Shown: positions 1-9,685 of the stretch, piece after piece
Numbering within the stretch: the first letter of the stretch is position 1
How the letters are laid out: each line of letters begins with the position of its first letter
Assembly: GCA_004764695.1 (NCBI GenBank)
Contig: SMSO01000034.1
Coordinates: forward strand, 930,001 to 994,000
DNA length: 64,000 nucleotides
Origin: Schizochytrium sp. TIO01
Lineage: Eukaryota; Protista; Bigyra: Labyrinthulomycetes
Reading direction: 5' to 3'
Notes under the pieces: generated by a model
What the model saw: the letters and a program-made list of their open reading frames with translations, nothing else
What the model was told of the DNA's origin: nothing
Databases searched by the model: none
Translations under genes and position numbers: made by a program

Positions 1-717
1 AGGTTTTAGCAAACCTATTTACATATAATGCTAGGGTGTTTTAATTCAATTTAAAAATAATTAAAAAAACAGGGGAAAATCAGCATGGCGACTAACTTCC
101 ATGCAGTAATGCTATCACGATAGCCCACTGATCTGTTGGTTTTTGTTTTTGTTTTTTCTTAGTTTGTTTGACTATTTCAATTATCAGATGCAGAGAGACT
201 TTCTACATTTTTCAGAACGAAGAAATTGTCGAATGTAAATATCTGCTAAAATACATTACTAAGCAAATAAATTTACGAGAATGTCACAAGCTCTAAGAAA
301 AGGGAAATATGCACTTTGACGGGATTAAGAAAGTCTGAAACTAAAAGCTTCTTGCCACGATTAGAGCAACAACTAGACACGTATGGTGAAAAAATTGCTG
401 AAGACAAACAAGATAAAGAAACCATCACATCAGTGCTGACCAGCTTGGTTTTCAGAAGAATATAAATGCCCTTCGACCACTTGCAAAATATGGAGTATGT
501 GCAAAAAGCAAATCAAATAATTTAAAAGAGAGTTCGGTCGTAGAAAATAAAACAAATAGGGCATACAAAAACATAACTATCGAGATGTTGCATCCATAGG
601 TACTTCTGTCGATCTTGCAACGCAAAATTTAAATGAGTCCCCGCTGTCTAAAATGCCGACGCTTTTAGTGCTAATATGAGCTTGACTGGTCGTTGGGAAG
701 AGGTAAAACTTCAGCAA

Positions 718-2145
718 TCACTGTTGTGCGAGCTCCAAGTGAACTTGAGAAGAAGTAGTAGCAGATGACTCATTCACAAGATATTCGAGGTCTTTGAATA
801 CTTCCTTTTGGCAGCGCACTGCTTCATGAAGAAAGTGAAATGTGACAAATCCGTGCACCGAATTCCCGTGGATAGTTTTCACAGGAATGTTGGCTTCCTC
901 CAGACGCCTGACGAAAATCTCACAGCCCTTGCGAAGAGCATCGTCACTGGCTACAACAACAGTGCAACGAGGTAGGCCATGCTCGCCAGCTACCAGAGGA
1001 GAAATACGGCGATCTAGCAAGGCTTGCTTGCGGCTTTCAAGATCTGCTGGGACATAGGCAGATACGAAGAATTGAAGAATGGGTGGGATAAGAAAATAGT
1101 CTGTCTTTGGACGCTCCTCAAACGGTTCACCAGGAGTAAAGAGAAGTGCTGGGTACATGAGAGCAAGGTGACGAGCACGGAGATTTGATAGTTCGCTTGG
1201 CTGAAAGTCCGCGTCAATTCCGTCGCGGAGAAGTGAAGCAATCACCAAAGCGAAGGTGCCACCAGCACTGTCTCCACTGAGGATAAGTTTGTTAACCGGG
1301 TCGCAGTCTCGACCCAACACAGAGCGCCCTTCATCACTCATTATCCACCGCAGACCTGCGTATGCATCACGGACACCTGAGGGAAACGGATGTTCTGGTG
1401 CAAGGCGATAGTCGATGGAGACCACCACTATGCCTTGCTGTGCAAATCGTACGCATAGCTCGTCGAAGTTTTTTGTAGAGTGGTGGCTAATGCAGAAACC
1501 TCCACCATGAAAAAAAAGCATCACTGGTCGCAGAGCAAACTGGCCAAGTGAACCTGTATGCAAATACACACGAGCTTTCATTTCCCCCCCATCAGCATTA
1601 GGAATTTTGTAATCTGATGAGTAAACACCTTTTCTGGCAAACTGTTTACGAATAGGCCACGATGAGTTCAAAGCCTCCACAGTTTCCCACTTCCACCTCT
1701 TGAAAGGTGTTTTGCCTTGATTATCAACATATAGTCCCGACCACCACATACAGCACGCCGAAGTTTGCTCTAGAAGCCGCAGTGAGAATGGGTGTTCTGA
1801 TTGAAAGTCACAAAAAGTAGACTTACAACACCAACACGGTGGGGTCTCTACGGGGTCTAGTTTGGCCATGGCCTCCAGGTCTGCAGACATAAGAAGCTCC
1901 TCCTCTAAATGGCCTCCGGGGTCCGCATCACGATCCATGTTTGTGCCAGCGGGCGGAGCGCCAGAGTTTCCAGTACTCGTTTCGAGGTCCTTTCCAAGTT
2001 GGACGTCTACACAAGAAATAGTTTTTGCTATCTCACCGAAGGTATCGTCGCTATTGAGTTGTGGGCTGTTGATTTTACTAGTATATTGGGTTGCCACAGA
2101 GCTGTCTCTTAAATTAGCCTCTTCTTCCGCAGCGTTCGCAAGCAT
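718..2145 (-). CDS. Hormone-sensitive-lipase (GDXG) family alpha/beta hydrolase / carboxylesterase with a long acidic N-terminal extension
   Basis: HGGGF oxyanion motif, 'SIDYRLAPEHPFP', nucleophile elbow GDSAGG, 'SPL...DDALR' acid and 'HGF' catalytic His. The start codon is uncertain. Confidence 0.9.
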   Translation of the reverse strand: MLANAAEEEANLRDSSVATQYTSKINSPQLNSDDTFGEIAKTISCVDVQLGKDLETSTGNSGAPPAGTNMDRDADPGGHLEEELLMSADLEAMAKLDPVETPPCWCCKSTFCDFQSEHPFSLRLLEQTSACCMWWSGLYVDNQGKTPFKRWKWETVEALNSSWPIRKQFARKGVYSSDYKIPNADGGEMKARVYLHTGSLGQFALRPVMLFFHGGGFCISHHSTKNFDELCVRFAQQGIVVVSIDYRLAPEHPFPSGVRDAYAGLRWIMSDEGRSVLGRDCDPVNKLILSGDSAGGTFALVIASLLRDGIDADFQPSELSNLRARHLALMYPALLFTPGEPFEERPKTDYFLIPPILQFFVSAYVPADLESRKQALLDRRISPLVAGEHGLPRCTVVVASDDALRKGCEIFVRRLEEANIPVKTIHGNSVHGFVTFHFLHEAVRCQKEVFKDLEYLVNESSATTSSQVHLELAQQ

Positions 2146-2799
2146 GACGAGAACGGGTTGTTTAGCTTAGAAAATTTCCTGATATAGTAGAGCTGGTGGG
2201 ATTTAACGATTGGAGTGCTGTGTTTGCGGATGGACCTTGCTCTATTTGGCCCCACAAACACGAGACTCGGTTTCCGCCTTTGATTGCTAAAGTCTGCAGG
2301 AAGTGGTGTAATGAACTAATTGCGTGCCCGGGGAAGGACTTCAGCGGATGCAAGAAACTTAAAAGAGTTCGACGTCTAGTGATCAGTAGCTAGATACTAT
2401 CATAAGAGTTGGTTCTATTTGTTCTCTTAAAAATTGCCTATCAGGTATGGCTAGTATTAGGAGGTTATTTTTCACAGAAAGTAATCATCAATCATTCGCA
2501 CATATTTTGGGTCGGCAGATCAAATGTTTGCATGCATAGTCGCTTGGATTAACCGGAAAAAGTAACACGATTTGTAGTAGTTTGTCAGGACCTCGTACAC
2601 AGCAGCCGCAAAAAAAGGTTGGTTTATTTCAGTATTCTTATTGAACTAGAAAATAGAATGAAGTAAATTCAGGATACTTTGCAAATATATTCTGTAATCC
2701 GTGAGGAACAACTATGTGAAAATTTGTAAATGCATTGTGTAGGTGAAAAAGAATTGATCTTTATTTGTTCAAAAATACATAATATGCAAATTGTTACGC

Positions 2800-3876
2800 T
2801 CAGCTCTGAAACGGGCGTGAGTTTTCCCGTCGGCGAGAACGCACCAGCAAAGAACTTGAATAAGAGAGCCTGGGGGCGCGTTTTGTACGTTGCGTTGGGC
2901 GGCTAGCCTTGGCATTTGCTTGAATAATAGATGAGCTAGTACTATCTAGCCCAAATTCGGACTCCTGTACAAGGTCGTCCTCGTCAAGTGAGAGGCATTT
3001 AACAGTGCCCCATTCTTCGGGAGGACGGTTCTTCTTGCGCAATATTGGGTTTTCTTTGCGAGCAGTTGCTGAAAATTCATCCTCTTCGCGTTCATTAGGT
3101 GTGCAGGGCTGGCGAGGGGATCGTACAGGCGGCAACGATACCTTTCGAACAGGATCTGCTACTTTTGTCTTCCTCTGTATCAAATGTTCTTTCGCTACAC
3201 GCATGAAGAACTCTAAATCCTCTTTGTCTTCTTTTGTTTCATTTACCACTGAATACTTATTTGCCTGCGATACTGTCTCTTCATTCTTTTGAAATGATTG
3301 TGAGCGCGAAGAGCATTGAGAACTAGCCATGCCGCAAGAATTACTCTGTATTTGCTTTTCGTGCTCTTTGAAATCATTGCTCACAGAAGAATTTCGAATT
3401 TGCGACTTTGGTTCCATCGATGATGCAGTCTTTACAGTACAAGGTGACGAAGTAGGCCAAGCAAGTTTTGGTACAGATGCCGAGGGTTGCAGAACTTGCC
3501 TTAGAGCATGATCAGACAAAGGTCCACCCTTATGCCTTTTACAAGCAAACTTCAGCCTCTGCAACATGGCCATAGCATCCACTTCATCCCAAGCTCCACC
3601 TTCATAATCCCGTTCTTCCCTGTCTGGGTTTTCCTCCCTATGGTCTTCTTCATGGCTTTCGCCACCCAGCATCATCACTTGCTGTCTTTCATCCTCAACA
3701 TTAGCCTCGAAGTCTTCATCTTGAAACTCGTCCTCGCTCTCCAAATCAAAGTCCATCTCCAAACCTTTCCAAAGCGTTTTGAATCCACGCCGTGGTGTAT
3801 CCTGTTTTGGCGCAATGGTCTTGACAAGCGTCGCCCAAAGTAAGCTGCTCTTGCTCGGCCCCTTGTATACAAACAT
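2800..3876 (-). CDS. Hypothetical low-complexity, probably disordered protein
   Basis: 358-codon ORF rich in E/D/S/K with no recognisable domain. The true start may be the ATG at 3756 (MDFDLESED). Confidence 0.6.
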   Translation of the reverse strand: MFVYKGPSKSSLLWATLVKTIAPKQDTPRRGFKTLWKGLEMDFDLESEDEFQDEDFEANVEDERQQVMMLGGESHEEDHREENPDREERDYEGGAWDEVDAMAMLQRLKFACKRHKGGPLSDHALRQVLQPSASVPKLAWPTSSPCTVKTASSMEPKSQIRNSSVSNDFKEHEKQIQSNSCGMASSQCSSRSQSFQKNEETVSQANKYSVVNETKEDKEDLEFFMRVAKEHLIQRKTKVADPVRKVSLPPVRSPRQPCTPNEREEDEFSATARKENPILRKKNRPPEEWGTVKCLSLDEDDLVQESEFGLDSTSSSIIQANAKASRPTQRTKRAPRLSYSSSLLVRSRRRENSRPFQS

Positions 3877-4680
3877 TCGAATTCATTCTTGTCTATATAC
3901 ACTAACGTCAACGGACACCTTTTCCAGCGCTCCAAAACCAGAATCATATTGTGTAGCTAGAGCTATGCTTATGTCTCTTATTATTACTATCTATTTTCTA
4001 ATTATTTTTAATTTATTTATATATATATAATCTTTTAAAATAAAAAACTAAAAGAATAAAATAGTAATAACAATAATGAGCCATTCGATCGGTGCTGGTA
4101 ATATGCACACGTGCGCAGTCCTTTAAATTCGCATAAGTCCATTTCACTCGTCGCTGATTGCTAGATTGATATCCATCCAGAGTTCTCAGCAAGAGCATGT
4201 CCAATATGAATGTTTCATGGACACCGTGTTCAGATGATAACAAACCGAGACAACGTGAATGGATTGACCATATTCAGAGAAAGAAGCAGAGTGGATGGAT
4301 GGATTAACTGATTGATGAAGGTACCTTGAAGTGCTTTTGCATATTTTTCTTTTTTGCGTGCACTAGTGCCAGTTATTATATACTGCTATGAATCCATTGA
4401 AAAAGAATGAAAGTGAAGGTACGTCGAATTGCCGTCCTATTTTCCCTTGTGTTTCTTCCCTCTTTGATCAAGTTCTTGTGCATGCGCCGCATTATTTCCT
4501 TTTTGGGGTTGATTTTAATTGACTCAATAGCGACGTTGATGGACTCTTTGGGCTCTTAACACAAACCCGATTCTATACACAACCAACTTCTCGCGGAGGG
4601 CCTGCCGCGAGACAACCGCCGCGTGCAGATAGGCAGCCTCCTCTGGACATCCCTCGGGCTTCGCCGTCTCTGCCTGCGGA

Positions 4681-4850
4681 GTAAGTGTGCACGTGCTGCC
4701 TGCCCTTTGGTTGCCGAGATCAGCTAAGTGGACTGTTTGACATTAGCGATTCACTCGTTCAAGCGCTTAGTAATAATAACCGGGTGCACGTGCGGCGCGC
4801 GCCATCTTGGGCTTGAAGAAACCTGGAGGCGTTACAGACCTTGATTGCAG
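4681..4850 (+). other. Probable 5'-UTR intron of the tetraspanin gene
   Basis: Consensus donor GTAAGT at 4681 and acceptor TTGATTGCAG ending at 4850, 48 nt before the ATG. An in-frame TAG between acceptor and ATG implies UTR. Confidence 0.45.
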
Positions 4851-4898
4851 TTGGATGCTAGGGTGGCTGGCGAATAGTTGTAAACATTTGAGAGGAAA

Positions 4899-5858
4899 AT
4901 GTGTCTGCCTTCGAAGATGAATAAGGGCGACAAGGTTCGCGTCGTACAGCTGGTATGCACGGTCATCGCGTTTCTAGTCAGCATTGCTGCGTTGATTTAC
5001 TTTATCTTTTTTGTGGCTACTTCAGATAACATTAACATCGTTCTTGCTCGTGAAACGTCGCCGGCATCTGCTCCGTACCTCGTCCTCATCCCCGTTCTTC
5101 TTGAGATGATTGTTGCATGGATTGGCTTTATTGGCGCACTCCGCAAAAACCGGCAAACGATTCTGGCATTCTTCTGGGCTCAAATTATCACTTTAGTCTT
5201 TATCATGGCGGCTTTCATATATGTTCTCCTCATGGGCAATGGTACCTTCAGCGGGGGTACTTTGTATTTGACTGACAAGCAGAGTAGCCGTCTTGCCATC
5301 TTCGCGATCAGTCACCCAGATGAATGGGCCGAATTCCAGAATTCAGACTCTGGCTCCTGCTGTGGACTAAGCGTGCGCTTTGCATACAACTCAAGTGAGG
5401 GTGGTTTTAGTGGGCTTCCTAACTTTGATCTTGAGGATATTTATTCAGGAGACTACTGCATTGGGTCTGGTATCGAGCAAGTCGAGGAATTCAAGGCTAA
5501 GTGGCCTATCTACAATGCCACCGTTCTTAACGCATCAAAATATGAGGACCCATATGATCGTGAACGCTTCATTTGTACCGATACTGTGGTCGATGCAATG
5601 CGCGATCCTGCACTTCCTGGTGGTTTACTGGTTGGATGCGTCTTTCTGTTTAGTACCTTCGCTGTCGCTTCCGCTGCCATGTTGTTGTATTCCATTAAGC
5701 AAACGCACGGTGGTCTTAAACCCGAAGCTCTCTATCCTATTGATGACCTTGCTTTGCTCGAGGATAAAAAACCATTCTGCTGGCGACTTTGCCCTGGACG
5801 GGTTGATGACCGCTCTAAGAATACGCGTGCTGTGATCAAGTTCGAAGGTGAATACTAG
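4899..5858 (+). CDS. Tetraspanin-family membrane protein
   Basis: Three N-terminal hydrophobic helices including 'GFIGALRKN', a large extracellular loop with the CCG motif (GSCCG) and further Cys, a fourth TM helix and a short tail. Confidence 0.8.
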   Translation: MCLPSKMNKGDKVRVVQLVCTVIAFLVSIAALIYFIFFVATSDNINIVLARETSPASAPYLVLIPVLLEMIVAWIGFIGALRKNRQTILAFFWAQIITLVFIMAAFIYVLLMGNGTFSGGTLYLTDKQSSRLAIFAISHPDEWAEFQNSDSGSCCGLSVRFAYNSSEGGFSGLPNFDLEDIYSGDYCIGSGIEQVEEFKAKWPIYNATVLNASKYEDPYDRERFICTDTVVDAMRDPALPGGLLVGCVFLFSTFAVASAAMLLYSIKQTHGGLKPEALYPIDDLALLEDKKPFCWRLCPGRVDDRSKNTRAVIKFEGEY

Positions 5859-6250
5859 AATTTCCAAGTATCTTTGATACGACCTGAATTCTACATTCAC
5901 ACAAACAATTACCGCCTTGTTTTTTTTTTCGTTCTGTGTTTTGGTTATTTTCGTTTATGCATGCACTCTATTCGTCAGCCCTGTTTCTTCGACCCAACTA
6001 TGAGCCTTCTTTTCCCTTCCAGCTATCCTCGTAAATCTACGATTTGTTGTTAAGGATGCCCGGATAAGAGTCATTTGCTTTCTAATGCGCCTCTAGTAAT
6101 AATGTTTGCTTTCTGTGTTATGTCTTTTTTCCTTTTTTAATTTATTAACGAGTAAATCGTGATACCACAATATCCTCAGAAATGGAAAGCTTGACAGTGA
6201 CGATTTAGTTAGTTAGTTAGTTGAAAACTATTTTTATTTTCAAAATGCCC

Positions 6251-6955
6251 CTAAGAATCGCAGGCGCCATTGCATTCCATAGTGGACGCAGGTGTACTTG
6301 CATCAAGAGAGGAGGCGCCAGCAGCATCTTGCTTGGAACCAGGGTTCTGCCAGTGCGCAGTAAGTTGCTTAACAACTTGCTGGGGTACATCGAGCCCGAG
6401 TTCGTGGATGATTTCATCATCGCCTCGCTGAAGGCGATCATGGACAATCAGGTACAGGCTGAGAAGTGAGGTAACTCCGGTAGAGACAATCATGAAGGTA
6501 ACCCCACGGGAGTTGATTGGAAATTTACCATCTCGAAGATGGCGCATCGCAGCAAAGTAGCGAACCATGGCAAAACCTAAAAACAAGAGTCCATTACCTA
6601 CAAGCAACCCTGTGGCTGGTAGAATGTTACTGGACCGAATTTGTTTAACCTTTTTCGGGTTCTCTGTGCTTGCGTAGAAGAAAGCCAAGCCTGATCCTAC
6701 AAACCCAAGTCCTGTACGAGCCCATGCAAGAAAAGTTCTTTCGTTCGCTAGATGATCTCGGGCTGTCGAGCCTGTGTTTTCAGCAAGCGGTTCATTCCAA
6801 AATCCTCGGGTTCTGCCTAATCTCATTGCTGGAGCTGCAAGAGGCACGCTTGGTTTTGCCCTCGCTATAGCCTGTTGGCCCCAGGATAGCGATCTGACTG
6901 CGCCATGACTCTGCAGGCTAGGCCTTTGCAGAGCACGAAAAGTCATACAAAGCAT
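6251..6955 (-). CDS. DUF202 (YidH/VTC1-like) three-TM membrane protein with a putative mitochondrial presequence
   Basis: 'ENTGSTARDHLANERTFLAWARTGL' DUF202 signature followed by three hydrophobic segments. The N-terminal ~50 aa are R/S/A-rich with no acidic residues. Confidence 0.85.
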   Translation of the reverse strand: MLCMTFRALQRPSLQSHGAVRSLSWGQQAIARAKPSVPLAAPAMRLGRTRGFWNEPLAENTGSTARDHLANERTFLAWARTGLGFVGSGLAFFYASTENPKKVKQIRSSNILPATGLLVGNGLLFLGFAMVRYFAAMRHLRDGKFPINSRGVTFMIVSTGVTSLLSLYLIVHDRLQRGDDEIIHELGLDVPQQVVKQLTAHWQNPGSKQDAAGASSLDASTPASTMECNGACDS

Positions 6956-8099
6956 GCTGCAATGTGCAGGCCCTCACTCGCAAATATGCTCGCGCTTTCA
7001 CCTTTACGGCAAACCCGTGTGAACGTTGCCTCAAACGATCTTTCGGATCTACGTGTCCCGGCAAAACGAGGTAAAACGAGGGAGTAGTACTACCCAAACA
7101 AGGCTCTTATTGGAGAAAAGAAAAGAAAAAGAAACATGTTTTTCTGCCAGTGGTGTGCACGACAGATTTCACAATAGGTATCTACCACGGCACAGATAAT
7201 TTAGACATGCTGTAAGCAGCCAAAGTGCCTTTGGCTACTGTCACAAATTGGCCCTTAGATTTGGTGCTTTGAACAGAATGATGCTCGCTCCGCTTGAAGA
7301 AGTGCGGCCCTCATGAAGACTATGCTAAGAATTTCCAAACAGGAAACATAAATAATAGTAATTACAATTTATTAATTAGTATGAGTTTACCCCTGGTCTC
7401 ACCAATGAGAATCAAATTCTTTGCGAATGCAAAAACACTGACAGAAGTTGAGGCTGTTACGCATACATGAAACAATGAAAAGTTCAAAACCATTTATCGA
7501 CTTAAGAGCGATAAACTTTTCTTTACGAAGAAAGAGCCTCACAGGATGAGCAAGAGTTTTAAAACCTAATGCATAGTTACACTTTTAAAATTTCTCAGAT
7601 TATAAGATGGCTCGAATCCAACCACTTGCGCATCAAAACGGCAGTTTCAAGGCAATCATTCTTAGTAGAAGCGAAAGCACGGAATGCATATACTAAGAAT
7701 ATTAGTAAGAGAATCATATATTTCCTCGAAAGAAAGAAGGAAATCGTTCCTATTCTTCAGAGAGAGAGATAAAGTTGCGTATCCTTTAATCCCTATAGTA
7801 GGAACACAGAAATCTGAGATGAAGAAACTATAAATTCATATCTCTGACTGGCCTTACTTCAAATGATCTTGAAGGGCGAAATCCGCCAGGTATCATTTGG
7901 AACACTATTCCCACTCTTGCGGAATCTGAGAAGCTTTTCTGCAATCTGTTTCTTGTCGATCCAGTTCTCTAAGGTCCCCCGTGAAATATGTTATGGGCAA
8001 CGGCTATTTTATCATTATTCATTACAATTACTATTGTTTCACTTTAAAAAGAAAAAATGATAATCCTACCCATCATCCCTTTTGTACATTGTTGGGCAG

Positions 8100-9518
8100 G
8101 TGGTAGACTGCAATCGCATGCTTGCACTGGCAGCATTGCGAGATTTAACAGCGTCCCCACCAATAGGGAACGCAACATTGGCTTCGTCAGGTCAAAGAAA
8201 AGTTTGATGTCCTTCGATGGAATCCAATATAAATTGCCAATGCTTCTTACGGGTTGCGACCTGCGTAACACATGTTGCAGATGGTCTGATAGAGCTTGAT
8301 GGAGAGCTTGACCTAGTTTGGGAGTTTCATTCAAATCGGGGTCAAACACAAGCTGTATCAGAGAGCACGCTGGAAACAACTTTACACGAAATTAGACACA
8401 ATTTTAGCGCTCAACAATATGAACAGATGGAAAATGCCTACGTTTTTCATATCAGAGAAACAACACCCAAAGCCAAACTCAACCTGCCTATAGGAAAAGA
8501 TGCGAAGTTGTTCCATGACGCGGAGCGAGAGCACCCTTGGGGTGTCAAAAGCCTTGTTTATTATCCTACAATATCGTGTATACATGCGTCTATTTCCTTT
8601 CAGGATGTTGAACTGCGACAGAAATGCCTAAACAAAGGTTGGTCCCCACTCAATCGACGGTGTGCACGCCTTGAAGTGATCCGCAATAGTGCATGCTCAA
8701 ATATTCGGTTTGTGGCATCTTTAAAGGGGCTTACCAATGGATTGTGGGATTTCTTTCTACCAGGGGTAGCAGCAACGCTCATGTCAGAGCCATCATTTCA
8801 AATGGGTGCAGAATTGGCTTCAGACTGGCGACTTGGACCTAATTCGGTTCTCATGCAAGGTGTCGATTATTCAGGGCTATTTAGTACTGACCCACTTATT
8901 ATAGTCCTTATACAAAGACGAGCACGGCCGTTTTTATTGAGGGCTATCTTACCTGGATATGTTGCTGGCATTCTGAGTATGCTATCGCTTATTGGATATG
9001 ACAGGTTCAGGATTTCACTTTGGATTATTGCATTTTGCTTGGTGGCTTTAGCGGGGTCGCTATTGCTATGGAAAGCAAAATATCTCAGTTCAAAGTTGAC
9101 ATGGGTTTATAATCTCTTTGTTGTTCTCGTGTTAATTATTGTACCAATGATATTTCTCGCGTGCAATGAAAGCTACGTTTCAGAAAGAAATGCTACAAAC
9201 AATTCTGAAGAGACTAGTGACACTTCGGAAACGAAAAATATCAATAGCACACCAGCAGACATTGGGACGTTTATTATTCTTGCGATTGCGTGGAGTCTTG
9301 TGCACGCAAGCCTTTCATGGATGTTGGAGCAAAGCTTTATCCGTGGAACCTGGGAAAATTGCGTTGCTTCAGCAAAATTACAATCAAAATCCTGTATGAA
9401 ACTTAAACGAAGTTCTGAAACAGTATCTACCAAGAATCTTCCACGCCTTGCGCAAGAGTTGACTGTCGTTCAAGGACACCAGATATTTAGAAGTTCTAAG
9501 GTGGTTCCAGAAAAATAA
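8100..9518 (+). CDS. Pentameric ligand-gated ion channel-like (Cys-less/Pro-loop) subunit, spliced. The listed ORF start 8217 probably lies inside an intron (8191-8280).
   Basis: beta2-like 'ELDGELDLVW', Pro-loop-like 'WSPLNRRCARLEV', pre-M1/M1 'IQRRARPFLLRAILPGY' and four hydrophobic helices. Removing a 90-nt GT..CAG intron (8191-8280) joins the upstream frame VVDCNRMLALAALRDL..SS to DGLIELD. A further upstream exon is possible (ATG 7863, donor near 7890, acceptor 8099). Confidence 0.6.
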
Positions 9519-9685
9519 GAATAGTAACAAACAGTGTTTGCAGGACAGTTATGTAACATACTCTATAATGAATGTAACTAATCAACATTTCAGTTTTTTC
9601 TTCTTCGAAGTACTATTAAATGCCTCAAAATAGGGGGCTTGTGAGAAGCTGGGAAGATGGGAACTATACAAATCAACGCAAAAGT

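Noticed and set aside
271-465. ~65-codon open frame on the plus strand near the window start
   Set aside because: No ATG or convincing splice acceptor and no recognisable homology; cannot be supported.
8205-8210. In-frame TGA-TGT upstream of the channel ORF as a possible selenocysteine
   Set aside because: Better explained by the GT-AG intron 8191-8280; no SECIS recognised downstream.
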